A stretch of 64,000 nt of DNA, from NCBI RefSeq assembly GCF_009914755.1, contig NC_060941.1; one strand, 5' to 3'. A program made the translations under genes and the position numbers. Origin of the DNA: the human T2T-CHM13v2.0 reference genome, Homo sapiens. The notes below the pieces were generated by a model, which had not been told where the DNA came from, ran no database searches, and saw nothing but the letters and a program-made list of their open reading frames with translations. Every line of letters starts with the position of its first letter. The first letter of the stretch is position 1. Below, piece by piece: positions 13,300 through 28,069 of the stretch.

Positions 13300-16200
13300 C
13301 GAATGGAATGGAAAGGAATAGAATGGGATGGAATCGGATGGAACAGAATGGAATGGAATGGAGTCAAATGGAATAGAATTGAATTCAAGTGCATCGAATG
13401 GAATGGACTCTAATGGAATGGACTCGAATGGAACAGAATCGAATGGAAGGGCATCGAATGGAATGGAATGGAATGGAACGAAATGTAATGGACTCGAATG
13501 CAATGGACTCAAATAGAATGGACTTGAAAGGAATGCTCTCGAATGTAATTTATTCAAATAGAATGGAATGCAAAAGAATGGAATGGAATCAAATGGAATG
13601 GACCAGAATGGAATGGAATGAAATAGAATGGACTCGAATGTAATGGATTGCAATGTAATTGATTTGAGTGGAATGGAATCGAAAGGAATATAAAAAATGG
13701 AAAGGAATGGAATGCAATGGAATGAAATAGAATGGAATGCAATGGAAAGGAATGGAGTGGAATCGAGTGGAATGGAATCGAATGGAAAGGAATTGAAAGG
13801 AATGGAATTGAATTGAATGGACTCGAATGGAATGGACTCGAATGGAATGGAGTAGAACAAAATGGAATCGAACAGATAGGAATGGAATGGAATGGAATGG
13901 AAAGGAATGGAATGGACTCGAATGGAATGGAGTCGAATGGAATGGAATCAAATGGAATGGCATTGAATGGAATTGATTGGAATAGAATGGAAGGGAATGC
14001 AATGGAATGGACCCTAATGTTATGGACACGAATGGAATAGACTCAAATAGAATGAACTCGAAAGGAAATGTCTCGAATGGAATTTATTCGAATAGAATGG
14101 AATCTAATGGAATGCAATAGAATGGAATGGAATCAAATGGAATGGACTGGAATGGAATGGACTGAAATAGAATGTACTCAAATGTAATGGAATGCAAGGC
14201 AATTGATTTGAACGGAATGGAATCGAATGCAATGTAATCAAATGGAATTGAATGGTATGCAATGGAATGGAAAAGAATGGAATGCAATGGAATGGAACGG
14301 AATGGAATCGAGTGGAATGCAATCGAATTGAATGGAATCGAATGGAATGGAATTGAATGGAATGGACTTGTTTGGGATGGACTCGAATGGAATGGACTGG
14401 AACAAAATGGAATCGAACGGATTGGAGTCGAATGGAAGGGAATGGAATGGAATGGAATGGAAAGGAATGGACTCAAATGAAATGGCATCAACTGGAATGG
14501 AACCAAATGGAATGGATTAGAATTGAATGGAATCGAAAGGAATACAATGGAATGGAGTGTAATGGAAAGATATCAAATGGAATGGAATGGAATGGAATGG
14601 AATGGACTGGAACAGAATGGCCTCGAATGGAATGGACTGGAGTGGAATGGAATGGAAAGGAATAGAATGGGATGGAATAGGATGGAACAGAACGGAATGG
14701 AATGGAGTCGAAAGAAATAGAATTGAATTGAAATGTATGGAATGGAATGGAATGGACTCGAATGGAATGGACTCGAACTGAATCGAATTGAATGGCATCG
14801 AATGGAATGGAATGGAACCAAATGTAATGGAATGTAATGTAATGGACTCAAATATAATGGACTCGAAAGGAATGCTCTCGAATGTAATTTATTCAAATAG
14901 AATGGAATCCAAAGAAATCCAATAGAATGGAATGGAATAAAATGGAATGGAATCGAATGGAATGGACCGCAATATAATGGACCGGAATAGATCGGACTCG
15001 ATTTTAATGGATTGCAATGTAATTGATTCGAATGGAATGGAATCAAAAGAAATATAACCAAATGGAATGGAATGGAAAGCAATGGAATGGAATAGAAAGG
15101 AATGCAATGGAAAGGAATGGATTGGAACCGAGTGGAACGGAATCAATTGGAAAGGAATAGAAAGGAATGGAATCGAATGGAAAGGACTCTAATTGAATGG
15201 AGTGGAGCAAAATGGAATCGAACGGATAGGAATCAAATGGAACAGAATGGAATGGAATGGAATGGACTCGAATGGAATGGAGTTGAATGGAATGGAATCG
15301 AATGGAATGGAATTGAATGGAATCGAAAGGAATAGAATGGAATGCAGTGTAATGGAAAGATTTCGAATGTAATGGAATGGAATGGAATGGACTCAAAAAG
15401 AACGGAATGGAATGGAATGGACACGAATGGAATGGATTGGGGTGGAATGAACTCGAATGGAATGGAAACGAATGTAATGGAATGGAATGGAAAAGAATAG
15501 AATGGAATAGAATTGGAAGGAATGGAATGGAATGGAATGGAGTCGAATGGAATAGAATCAAACGTAATGGCAGCGAATGGTATGGAATGGAATGAATCGA
15601 ATCGAATGGAATGGACTCGAATGAAATAGAATCCAATGGAATGGCATCGAATGGAATTGATTGGAATGGAATGGAATGGACCCAAATGTTATGGACTTGA
15701 ATGGAATAGACTCAAATAGAATGTACTCGAAAGGAATGGTCTCGAATGGAATTTATTCGAATAGAATGGAATCTAATTTAATGCAAAAGAATGGAATGGA
15801 ATCAAATGGAATGGACCGGAATAGAATGGACTGAAATAGAATGTACTCGAATGTAATGGATTGCAATGCAATTGATTTCTATGGAATGAAATTGAATGAA
15901 ATGTAATCAAATTGAATTGAATGGTACGCCATGGAATAGATAAGAATGGAATGCAGTGGAAGGGAACAGAGTGGAATCGAGTGGAATGAAATCAAATCAA
16001 ATGGAATCAAATGGAATAGAATCGAATGCAATGGACTTGTTTGGAATGGACTCGAATGGAATGGACTGGAACAAAATGGAATTGAACGGTTTGGAGTCAA
16101 ATGTAATGTAATGTAATGGAATGGAATGGAAAGGAATGGACTCGAATGGAATGGAGTCAAATGGAATGGAACTGAATGGAATGGATTAGGATTGAAGGGA

Positions 16201-16350
16201 ATCGAAAGGAATAGAATGGAATGGAGTGTAATGGAAAGATATTAAATGGAATGGAATGGACTAGAATGGAATTGACTGGAATGGAATGGCCTCGAATGCA
16301 ATGGACTGGAGTGGAATGGACTCGAATGGAATTGAAATGAATGGAATGGA
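13300..16350 (+). repeat. Tandem duplication of a two-subunit (~1.67 kb) block; first copy about 330 bp shorter
   Basis: GAATGCTCTCGAATGTAATTTATTCAAATAG at ~13531 and ~14870; GATAGGAAT at ~13875 and ~15225 (offset ~1.34-1.35 kb); AATGTTATGGAC at ~14016 and ~15685; GGACTTGTTTGG at ~14364 and ~16033; GGCCTCG at ~14619 and ~16288 (offset ~1.67 kb). Confidence 0.85.
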
Positions 16351-19300
16351 ATGGAATGGAAAGGAATAGAAAGGAATGGAACTGAATCAGATGGAATGTA
16401 ATGGAATGGAATGGAGTCGAATGGAATAGAATCGAATGGAATCGCATCAAATGGAATTGAATGGAATGGAATGTTATGGACTTAAATGGAATAGAATCAA
16501 ATGGAAAGGCATCGAATGGAATGGAAAGGAATGGAAATGAACGGAATGGATTGGTTCCAAACGTAATGGACTTGAATGGAATGGACTCATATAGAATGGA
16601 ATCGAAAGGAATGGTCTGAATGGAATTTATTCGAATGCAATGGAATCGAAAGGAATGCAATAGTTTCTAAAGGAATTGAATGGAATGGAATCGAGTGGAG
16701 TGTACTGGAAAGGTATGGACTGGAATAGAATGGAGTCGAATATAATGGAATGAAATGTAATTGATTCTAGTGCCTTGGAATCGAAAGGAATGTAATCAAA
16801 TGGAATGGAATGGAATGCAATGGAATGGAATGGAATGGAATGCAATGGCATGGAATAGAATGGAATGCAAAGGAATGGAACGGAGTGGAATCGAGTGGAA
16901 TGGAATCAAATGGAATGGAATCGAATGGAATGGAATTGAATGGAGTAGAATGGAATGGACTGGAACACAATGGAATCGAACGGATTGGAATGGAATGGAA
17001 TGGACCCAAATGTAATGGACTCGAATGGAATGGACTCAAACAGAATGGACTGGAAAGGAATGGTCTCAAATGGAATTTATTTGAATAGAATTTAAATGGA
17101 ATGGAATGCAATGGTATGCAATGGAATCAAATTGAATGGAATTGAATGGAATGGACCGGAATGGAATGGACTGCTATAGAACTTACTCGAATGTAATAGA
17201 CTGCAATGTAATTGTTTCAAATGAAATGGAATCGAATGGAATGTAATCAAATGGAAAGGAATGGAATGCAATGGAATGGAATAGAATGGAATGCAATGGA
17301 ATGGAACGGAGTGCAATCGAGTGGAATGGAATCGAATGGAATGAAATAAAATGGAATGGAATTGAATGGAATGGAATTGAATGGAATTGAAAGGAATAGA
17401 AGGGAATGGAGTGTAATGGAAAGATATTGAATGGAATGGAATGGACTCCAATGGAATGGAGTGTAATGGAATGGATTCGAATGGAATGGACTGGAGAGGA
17501 ATGGATTCAAATGAAAAGGAAACGAATGGAATGCAATGGAATGGAACGGAGAGGAATAGAATGGAATGGAATTGGATGGAACGGAATGGAATGGAATGGA
17601 TTCAAATGAAATGGACTTGAACAGAATGGCATTGAATGGAATGGAATGGAATGGACTCGATTGGAATGGACTCGAGTGGAATAGAATCAAATGGAATGGC
17701 ATCGAATGTAATGTAATGTAATGGAATGGAATGGAATGGATTGGAATCGGAAAGATTGGAATAGAACGGAATGGAGTCAAATGGAATAGAATCGAGTGGG
17801 ATGGCAATGAATGGAATGGAAAGGAATGGAATGGATTTGAATGGAGTGGAGTCAAATGGAATAGAATGGAATGGAAAGGCATTGAATGTAATGGAATGGA
17901 GTGGAATGGAATGGACCCAAATGTAATGGACTTGAATGGAATGGACAAACAGAATGGACTCGAAAGGAATGGTCTGGAATGGAATTTATTCGAATAGAAT
18001 GGAATTGAATGGAAAGCAATAGTATGGAATGGAATCGAATGGAATGGAATCGAATGGAATGGACCAGAACGGAATGGACTGGAATAGAACGGACTCGAAT
18101 GTAATGGACTGCAATGTAATTGATTCGAAAGGAATGGAATCAAATGGAAAATAATCAAATGGAATGGAATGCAATGCAATGGAATGGAATAGAATGGAAT
18201 GCAATGGAATGGAACGGAGTTTAATTGAGTGGAATGGAATCGACTGGAATGGAATTGAATGGAATGGTCTCGAATGGAATGGACTGGAACAAAATGGAAT
18301 CAAAGAGACTGGAATCGAATGGCATGGAATGGAATGGAAAGGAATGGACTCGAATGGAATGGAGTAGAATGGAATGGAAGCAAATGAATGGAATTGAATG
18401 GAATCGAAAAGAATAGAATGAAAAGCAGTGTAATGTAAAGATATCCAATGGAATGGAACGGAACAGAGAGGACTCGAATGGACTGGAATCGAATGGAATG
18501 GACTGGAATTGAATGGACTCGAGTGGAATGGACGAGAACAAAATGGATTCGAACGGATTGGAACTGAACGGAATGGAAAGGAACGGAATGGATTGGAATG
18601 GACCCGAATGGAAGGGAGTCGAATGGAATGTAATCAAATGGAATGGATACGAATGGAATGGAAATGAATGGAATCGAAAGGAATAGAATGAAATGGAGTG
18701 AAATGGAATGATATCGAATGGAGTGGAATGGAATCGAAAGGAATGGATGGGAATGGAAAGGAATCGAAGGGAATGATCTGGAGTGGAATGGACTTGAAAG
18801 GAATGGAAACGAATGAAATGGGATGGAATGAAAAACGATAGAATGGAATGGAATCAGATGGAATGGAATGGAATGGAATGGATTCGAATGAAATAGAATG
18901 GAATGGAATGTCATTGAATGGAATGGACTCGAATGGAATGGACTCAAATGGAAATAGAACAGAATGGAATGGCATCGAATGGAATGGAATGGAAAGGAAT
19001 GGACCCAAATGTAATGGACGCGAAAGGAATGGTCTTGAATGGAATTTATTCGAATAGAATGGAATCGAATGGAATGCAATAGAATGGAATGTAATCGAAT
19101 AGAATGGAATCTAATTTAATTGACTGGAATGGAATGGACTGGAATAGAAAGGACTCGAATGTAAAGGATTGCAATATAATTGATTTGAATGGAATGGATT
19201 CAAATGGAATGTAATCAAATGGATTGGAATGGTATGCAATGGAATGGAATAGAATGGAATGCAATAAAAAGGAACGGAGTGGAATCGAGTGGAATGGAAT

Positions 19301-21299
19301 CGAATGGAATGGGATCAAATGTAACAGATTCGAATGGAATGGACTGGAATGGAATGGACTCGAATGGAATGGACTGGAACAAAATGCAACCGAACAGATT
19401 GGAATCGAACTGAACGGAACAGAATGGAATGGAATGGAATGGAATGGAGTCGAAAGGAATGGAAGCGAATGGAATGGAACTGAATGGATTCGAAAGGAAT
19501 AGAATGAAAGGGAGTGTAATGTAAAGATATCCAATGGAATGGAATGGAATAGAATGGAGTAGAATGGACTGCAATGGAATAGAATGGAGTAGAATGGACT
19601 GGAATGGAATGGACCCGAATGGAATGGACTGCAGTGGAATGGAATCAAATGGAATGGAAACGAATGGAGAGGAAAGGAATGGAATGGAATAGAATAGAAT
19701 GGAATGGAATCAGATGGAATGGAATGGAACAGAATGGAGTCGAATGGAATAGAATCGAATGGAATGGCATTGAATTGAATGGAATAGAAAGGAATGGGCT
19801 CGAATGGAATGGACTCGAATGCAACAGAATAGAATGGAATGGCATCGAATGGAATGGAAAGGAATGGAATGGAATGGACCCAAACGTAATGGACTCTAAT
19901 GGAATGGACTCAAATAGAATGGACTTGAAAGGAATGGTCTCAAATGGAATTTATTAGAATAGAATGGAATCGAATGGAAAGCAATAGTATGGTATGGAAT
20001 CGAACGGAATGGAATCGAATGGAATGGACTGGAATGGAATGGATAGGAATAGAAAGGACTCGAATGCAATGGATTGCAATGTAATTGATTCGAATGGAAT
20101 GGAATCGAATGGAATGTAATCAAACGGAATAGAATGGAATGCAATGGAAAGGAAGAGGATGGAATGCAATGGAATGGAACAGAGTGGAATCGAGTTTAAT
20201 GGAATCGAATGGAATGGAATCAAATAGAATGTACTCGAGTGGAGTGGAATCGAATGGAATTGACTCTAAAGGAATGGTCTCGAATATAATTTATTCGAAC
20301 AGAATCTAATCGAATGGAATGGAAACGGAATGGAATGGAATGGTATGAAATGGTATAGAATGGAATGGAATTGGATGGAACGGAATGGAATGGAAAGTAG
20401 TTGAATGGAATAGAATCCAATGGAATGACATCGAATGGAATGGAAAGAAAAGAATGGAGTGGGATGGACTCGAATGGAATGGACTCGAATGGAATGGACT
20501 CGAATGGAATAGAATGGAATGGAATGGCATGCAATGGAATGGAATTGACCCAAACGTAACGGACTCGAATGGAATGGACTCAAATAGAATGGACTCGAAA
20601 GGAATGGTCTCGAATGGAATTTATTCGAGTTGAATGGAATCAAATGGAATGAAATAGTATGGAAAGGAATCGAATGGAATGGAATCGAATTGAATGGACT
20701 GGAATGGAATGGACTGGAATAGAACCGACTCGAATGTAATGGATTGCAAGGTAACAGATTCGAATGGAATCGAACGGAATGTAATCAAATGGAATGGAGT
20801 GGAATGCAATGGAATGGAATAGAATGGAATGCAATGGAATGGAATGCAGTGGAATCGCGCAGAATGGAATCAAATAGAATGGAATCGAATGGAATGGATT
20901 CGAATGGAATGGAGTCAAATGCAATGGATTGGAACAAAATGAAATTGAAAGGATTGGAATCAAACGGAACGGGATGGAATGGAATGGAATGGAGTGGACT
21001 TGAATGGAATGGAGTCGAGTGGAATGGAATCGAATGGAATGGAATTGAATGGAATTGAAAGGAATAGAATGGAATGGAGTTTAAGGGAAAGATATCAAAT
21101 GGAATGGAATTTAATGCAATGGATTCGAGTGGAATGGACTGGAATGGAATGGACTCGAATGGAATGGCCTGGAGTGGAATGGACTCGAATGGAATGGAAA
21201 CGAATGGAATGGAATGCAATGGAATGGAACGGAAAGGAATAGAATAGAATGGAATCGGATGGAATGGAATGGAATGCAATGGAGTCGAATGGAATAGAA

Positions 21300-24200
21300 T
21301 CTATGGAAAGGCAATAAAAGGAATGGACAGGAATGGACTCGAATGGAATATAATCGATGGAATGGCATCGAATGTAATGTAATGGAATGTCATGGAATGG
21401 AATGGACCCAAGTGTAATGGATTCGAATGGAATGGGCTCAAACAAAATGGACTCGACAGGAATGTTTTCGAAAGGAATTTATTCGAATAGAATGGAATCC
21501 AATGGAATGCAGTAGAATGGAATGGAATCAAATGGAATGGAATAGAGTGGAATGGACCAAAAGGAATGGACCGGAATAGAACAGACACGAATGTAATGGA
21601 TTGCAATGTGATTGATTTGAATGGAATGACATCTAATGGAATGTAATCAAATGGAATTGAATGGAATGCAATGGAATGGAATAGAACGGAATGCAATGGA
21701 ATGGAACGCACTGGAATAGAGTGGAATGGAGTCGAATGGAATGGACTGGAACATAATGGAATTGAACAAATTGGAATTGAAAGGAATGGAATGGAATGGA
21801 ATGGAATGGAATGGAATGGAATAGATTCGAATGGAATGGAGTCAAAAGGAATGGAATCAAATGGAATGGAATTGAATGGAACTGAATCGAATGAAATGGA
21901 GTTGAATGGAATCAAAAGGAATAGAATGCAATGGAGTGTAATGGAAAGATATCGAATGGAATGGAATGGAATGGACTCGAATGGGATGGACTGGAATACA
22001 ATGAACTAGGATGGAATAGACTGGAGTGGAATGGACTCGAATGGAATGTAAATGAATGGAATGGAAGGGAATGGAAAGGAATAGAATGGAATGGAATCAG
22101 ATGGAACAGAATGGAATGGAATGGAGTTGAATGGAATATAATGGAATGGAATGGAATGGAATGGAATAGAATGGAATGAAATGGAACGGACTGGAATGGA
22201 ATGGACTCAACTGGAACAGAATCGAATGGAATGGCATCGATTGGAATGGAATGGAATGGACACAAATATAATGGACTCGAATGGAATGGACTCAAATATA
22301 ATGGACTCAAAAGGAATGGTTTCGAATGGAATTTATTCGAATAGAATGAAATCGAATGGAATGAAATAGTATGGAATGGAATCGAATGGAATGGAATCGA
22401 ATGGAGTGGACCAGAATGGAATGGACTGGAATAGAACAGACTTGAATTTAATGGATTAAAATGTAATTGATTCAAATGGAATGGAATCAAATGGAATGTA
22501 ATCAAATGGAATGGAACGGAATGCATCGAAATGGAATAGAATGGAATGCATTGGAATGGAAGGAGTGTAATCGAGTGGAATGGAATCGAATGGAATGGAT
22601 TCGAGTGGAATGGAATGGAATGGAATGCAATGGACTCCAATGGAATAGACTGGAACAAAATGGAATCGAATGGATTGGAATCGAACGGAATGGAATGGAA
22701 TGGAATGGACTCGAATGGAATGGAGTTGAAAGGAATGGAGGCTAATGGAATGGAATAGAATAGAATGGAATCGAATGGAATGGAATTGAATGGAATCGAA
22801 AGGAATAGAATGGAATGGAGTGTAATGGAAAGATATTGAATTGAATGGAATGGACTCGAATGGATTGGACTCGAATGGAATGGACTGGAGTGGAATGGAC
22901 TCGAATGGAATGGACTGGAGTGGAATGGATTCGAATGCAGTGGAAACGAATGGAATGGAATGCAATGGAATAGAATGGAAAGGAATAGGATTCAATGGAA
23001 TCGGATGTAATGGAATGGAATGGAATGGAGTCGAATGGAATAGAATTGAAAGGAATGGCATCAAATGGAATTTACAGGAATGGAATGGAATGGAATGGAC
23101 TCGATTGAAATATAATCGAAAGGAATGGCATCGAATGTAATGTAATGGAATGGAATGGACCCAAATGTAATGGATTCGAATGGAATGGTCTCAAACAGAA
23201 TGGAATAGAAAGAAATGGTCTCAAATGGAATCTATTCGAATAGAATGGAATCGAAAGGAATGCAATAGTATGGAATGGAATCAAATGGAATGGAATCGAA
23301 TGGAATGGTCAGAATGGAACAAACTGGAATAGAACGAACTCGAATGTAATGAATTGCAATGTAATTGATTCGAATGGAATGGAATCGAATGGAATGTAAT
23401 CAAATGGAATGGAATGCAATGGAACGGAACGGAGTGGAATCAAGTGGAATGGAATCGAATGGAATGGTATCCAATGGAAAGGACTGGAATGCAGAGGACT
23501 CGAATGGACTGGAACAAAATGGAATTGAATGGATTACAATCAAAAGGAAGGGAATGGAATGGAATGTAATAGAGTGGAATAGACTCGAATGGAATGGATG
23601 CGAATGGAATGGAATCGATTGGAATGGAATCAAATGGAATGGAATTGAATGGAAATGAAACGAATAGAATGGAATGGAGTGTAATGGAAATATATCGAAT
23701 GGAATGGAATGGACTCGAATGGAATGGACTGGAATGAAGTGGTCTAGAATGGATTGGACTGGAGTGGAATGGACTCGAATGGAATGGAAATGAATGGAAG
23801 GGAATGGAATGCAACGGAATGGAATGGAAAGGAATAGAATGGAATGGAATCAGATGTAATGGAATGGAAGGGAATGGAGTCGAATGGAATAGAATCGAAT
23901 GGAATGGCATTGATTGGAATGCAATGGATTGGACACGAATGGAATGGACTGAAATGGAATGAACTCAAATGGAATGGACTGCAGTGAAGAGGACTCGAAT
24001 GAAATGGAAAAGAATGGAATGGAATGGAATGGAATGGAAAGGAATAGAATGGAATGGAATCGGATGGAACGGAATCGAGTTGAAAGGAATAGAATCCAAT
24101 GGAATGGCACCGAATGGAATGGAATGGCATGGAATGGAATGGACTCGAATAGAATGGACTCGAATGTAATAGAATTGAATGTAATGGCATCAAATGGAAT

Positions 24201-24900
24201 GGAATGGAATGGAATAGAATGGAATGGAATGGACCCAAATGAAATGGACTCGCATGGAATGGACTCAAATAGAATGGACTTGAAAGGAATGGTCTCGAAT
24301 GGAATTTATTCAAATAGAATGGAAGCGATTGGAATGCAATAGTATGGAATGGAATCAAATGGAATGCAATCGAATGGAATGGACCAGAATGGAATGGACT
24401 GGAATAGAACAGACTAGAATTTAATGGATTAAAATGTAATTGATTCAAATGGAATGGAATCAAATGGAATGTAATCAAATGGAATGGAATGGAATGCAAT
24501 GGAATGGAATGGAATAGAATGGAAGGCTATGGAATGGAACGGAGTGGAATCGAGTGGAATGGAATAGAACGGAGGGGAATGGTTTGGAATGGAATTGAAT
24601 GGAATGGACTTGAATGGAATGGACTGGAATGCAATGGACTTGAATTGAATAGACTGGAACAAAATGGAATCGAACGGATTGGAATCGAACAGAACAAAAT
24701 GGAATGGAATGGAGTGGAATGGAATGGAATAAAATGGAGTCGAATGGAAGGGAATCGAATGGAATGGACTGGAATGGAATGGACTGGAATGGAATGGACT
24801 CGAATGGAATGGACTGCAGTGGAATGGCCTCAAAAGGAAAGGAAACCAATGGAATGGAATGGACTGCAGTGGAATGGACTCGAAAGGAATGGAAACCAAT
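21300..24900 (+). repeat. Diverged tandem duplication of a two-subunit (~1.75-1.97 kb) block
   Basis: ATATAATCGA..GGCATCGAATGTAATGTAATGG at ~21348 and ~23110; GTAATGGATTCG..TCAAACA at ~21414 and ~23167; GAATTTAATGGATTAAAATGTAATTGATTCAAATGG at ~22444 and ~24417; AATAGACTGGAACAAAA at ~22644 and ~24648. Confidence 0.75.
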
Positions 24901-25202
24901 GGAATGCAATGGAATGGAATATGATGGAATGGAATCGGACTCAAAGGAATGGAATGGAATGGAGTTGAAAGGAGTAGTATCTGATGGAATGTCATCGAAT
25001 GGAATGGAATGGAATAAAATGGACTCGCATATAATGGACTCGAGTGGAATAGAATCGAGTGTAATGGCATCGAATGGAATGGAATGGAGTGGAATGGAAT
25101 AGAATGGAATGGAATGGACCCAAATGTAATGGACACAAAAGGAATGGACTCAAATAGAATGGACTTGAAAGGAATGGTCTCGAATGGAATTTATTCGAAT
25201 AG

Positions 25203-25380
25203 AATGGAATCGAATGGAATACAATAGTATGGAATGTAATCGAATGGAATGGCATCGAATGGAATGGAAAGGAATGGAATGCAATGGAATCGAATGGAAT
25301 ACAATAGTATGGAATGTAATCGAATGGAATGGCATCGAATGGAATGGAAAGGAATGGAATGCAATGGAATCGAATGGAAT
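25203..25380 (+). repeat. 80-bp perfect tandem duplication inside a 265-bp truncated subunit
   Basis: ACAATAGTATGGAATGTAATCGAATGGAATGGCATCGAATGGAATGGAAAGGAATGGAATGCAATGGAATCGAATGGAAT at 25221 and 25301; no mismatch seen. Confidence 0.93.
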
Positions 25381-28069
25381 GGACCCAAATGTAATGGACT
25401 TGAATGGAATGGACTCAAATAGAATGGACGGAAAAGGAATGGTCTCGAATATAATTTATTCAAATAGAATGGAATAGAAAGTAATTCAATATTATGGAAT
25501 GGAATAGAATGGAATGAAACCGAATGGAATGTACCGGAATGGATTGGATTGGAATAGAATGTACTGGAATGTAACGGATAGAAAAGTAATTGATTCGAAT
25601 GCCTTGGAATCGAACGGAATGAAATCAAAAGAAATGGAAAGGAATACAATGGAACGGAATAGAATAGAATGCAATAGAATGGAACGTAGTGGAATCGAGT
25701 GGAATGGAATCGAATGGAATGGAATCAAATGGAATGGAGTCAAACGCAATGGACTGGAATGGAATGGACTCGAATGGAATGGACTGGAACAAAATGGAAT
25801 TGAACCGATTGGAATCGAATGGAACGGAATGGAAGGGAACGTAGCGTAATGTAATGGAATGGAATGGACTACAAAGGAATGGAGTCGAATGTAATGGAGT
25901 CGAACGGAATGAAATCAATTGGAATGGAATCGAATGGAATGGAATTGAATAGAATCAAAAGAAAAAGAATGGAATGGAGTGTAATGGAAAGATATCGAAT
26001 AGAATGGAATAGACTTGAAAGGAATGGACTGGAATGCATTGGACACGAATGGAATGGACTGGAGTGGAATGGACTCGAATGGAATGGAAACAAATGGAAT
26101 GGAATGGAAAGGAATAGAATGGAATGGTATCGCATGGAACGGAATGGAATGGAATGGCGTTGAATGGAATTGAAACCAATGGAATGGCGTCGAATGGAAT
26201 GGAATGGAAAGGAATGAAAGGACTCAAATGGAATGGACTCAAAAGGAATAGAATCGAATGGAATGGCATTGAAAGGAATGGAATGAAATGGAATAGAATG
26301 GAATGGAATGGACCCAAATGTAATGGACTGGAATGGATTGGACTCAAATACAATGGACTGGAAAGGAATGGTCTCGAATGGAATTTATTCAAATAGAATG
26401 GAATCGAATGGAATGCAATAGTATGGAATGCAATCAAACTGAATGGAATCGAATGGAATGAACTGGAATGGAATGGACAGGTATACAGTGGACTCGAATG
26501 TAATGGATTGCAATGTAATTGATTCAAATGGAATGGAATCGAATGGAATGTAATCAAATGGATTGGAATGGAATGCAATGGAATGGAATAGAATGGAATG
26601 CAATGGAATGGAATAGAATGGAATGCAATTGAATGGAGCGGAGTGGAATCGAGTGGAATGAAATCGAATGGAATGGAATGGAAAGCAATCATATGGAATA
26701 GACTGTAATGGAATGGACTCGAATGGAATGGAATGGAAAATATGGAATCGAACGGATTGGAATCGAACAGAATGGAATGAAATGGAATAGACTAGAATAG
26801 AAGAGACACGAATGTAATGGACTGCAATCTAATTCATTCGAATGGAATGGGATCGAATGGAATGTATTAAAATGGATTGGAATCAAATGCAATGGAATGG
26901 AATAGAATGGAATGCAATGGAATGGAACGGATTGGAATCGAATGGAATTGAATCGAATGGAATGGAATCCAACGGAATGGAATCGATTGGACTGGAAATG
27001 GACTGGAGTGGAATGGACGCAAAAGGAATGGAAACGAATGGAATGGAATGGAAAGGAACAGAATGGCATGGAATCAGATGGAACGGAATGGAATGGAATG
27101 GAGTCGAATGGAATAAAATCCATTGGAATGACATCGAATGGAATGGAGTGGAATGGAATGGAATGGAAAGTACTCAAATGGAATGGAAAGTACTCGAATG
27201 GAATGGACTCGAATGGAATAGAATTGAATGGAATGGCATCAAACTGAATGGAATGGAATGGAATGGACCCAAATGTAATGGACACAAATGGAATGGACTC
27301 AAATAGAATGGACTAGAATGGAATGGTCTCAAATGGAATTTATTCGAATAGAATGGAATCGAATGGAATGCAATAGTATGGAATGGAATTGAATGCAAAG
27401 GAATCAAATGGAATGAATTGGAATGGAATGGACTGGAATACAACGGACTCAAATGTAATGGACTGCAAAGTAATTGATACGAATAGAATGGTATAGAATG
27501 GAATGTAATCAAATGGAATGCAATGGAATGCAACGGAATGGAATAGAATGGAATGCAATGGAATGGAACGGAGTCAAATCGAGTGGAATGGAATCGTATG
27601 GAATGGAATCGTTTGGAATGCACTGGAACGGAATGTATTAGAATGGAATGGACTGGAAAAAAATGGAATCAAAGGGATTGGAATCGAATGGCATGGAATA
27701 GAATGGAATGGAATGCAATGGACTCGAATGGAATGGAGTCGAATGGAATGGACTCAAATGGAATGGACTGGAATGGAATGGAATCGAATGGAATGGATGG
27801 AGTGGAATCGAATTGAATGGAATGGAAACAAATGGATTGGAAAGGAATGGAATGGAAAGGAATAAAATAGAATGGAATCAGATGGAATGGATTGGAATAG
27901 AATGGAGTCAAATGGAATAGAATCGAATGCAATGGCATGGAATGGAATGGACTCGAAAAGAATGGGCACGAATGGTACAGAATCTAATGGAATGGCAAGG
28001 AATGGAATGGAATGGAATGGAATGGACCCAAATGTAATGGAGTCAAACGGAATGGACTCAAATAGAATG

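Noticed and set aside
16661-16675. TAGTTTCTAAAGG as another micro-inversion
   Set aside because: The reverse complement does not restore the expected TAGTATGGAATGG, so clustered substitutions explain it equally well.
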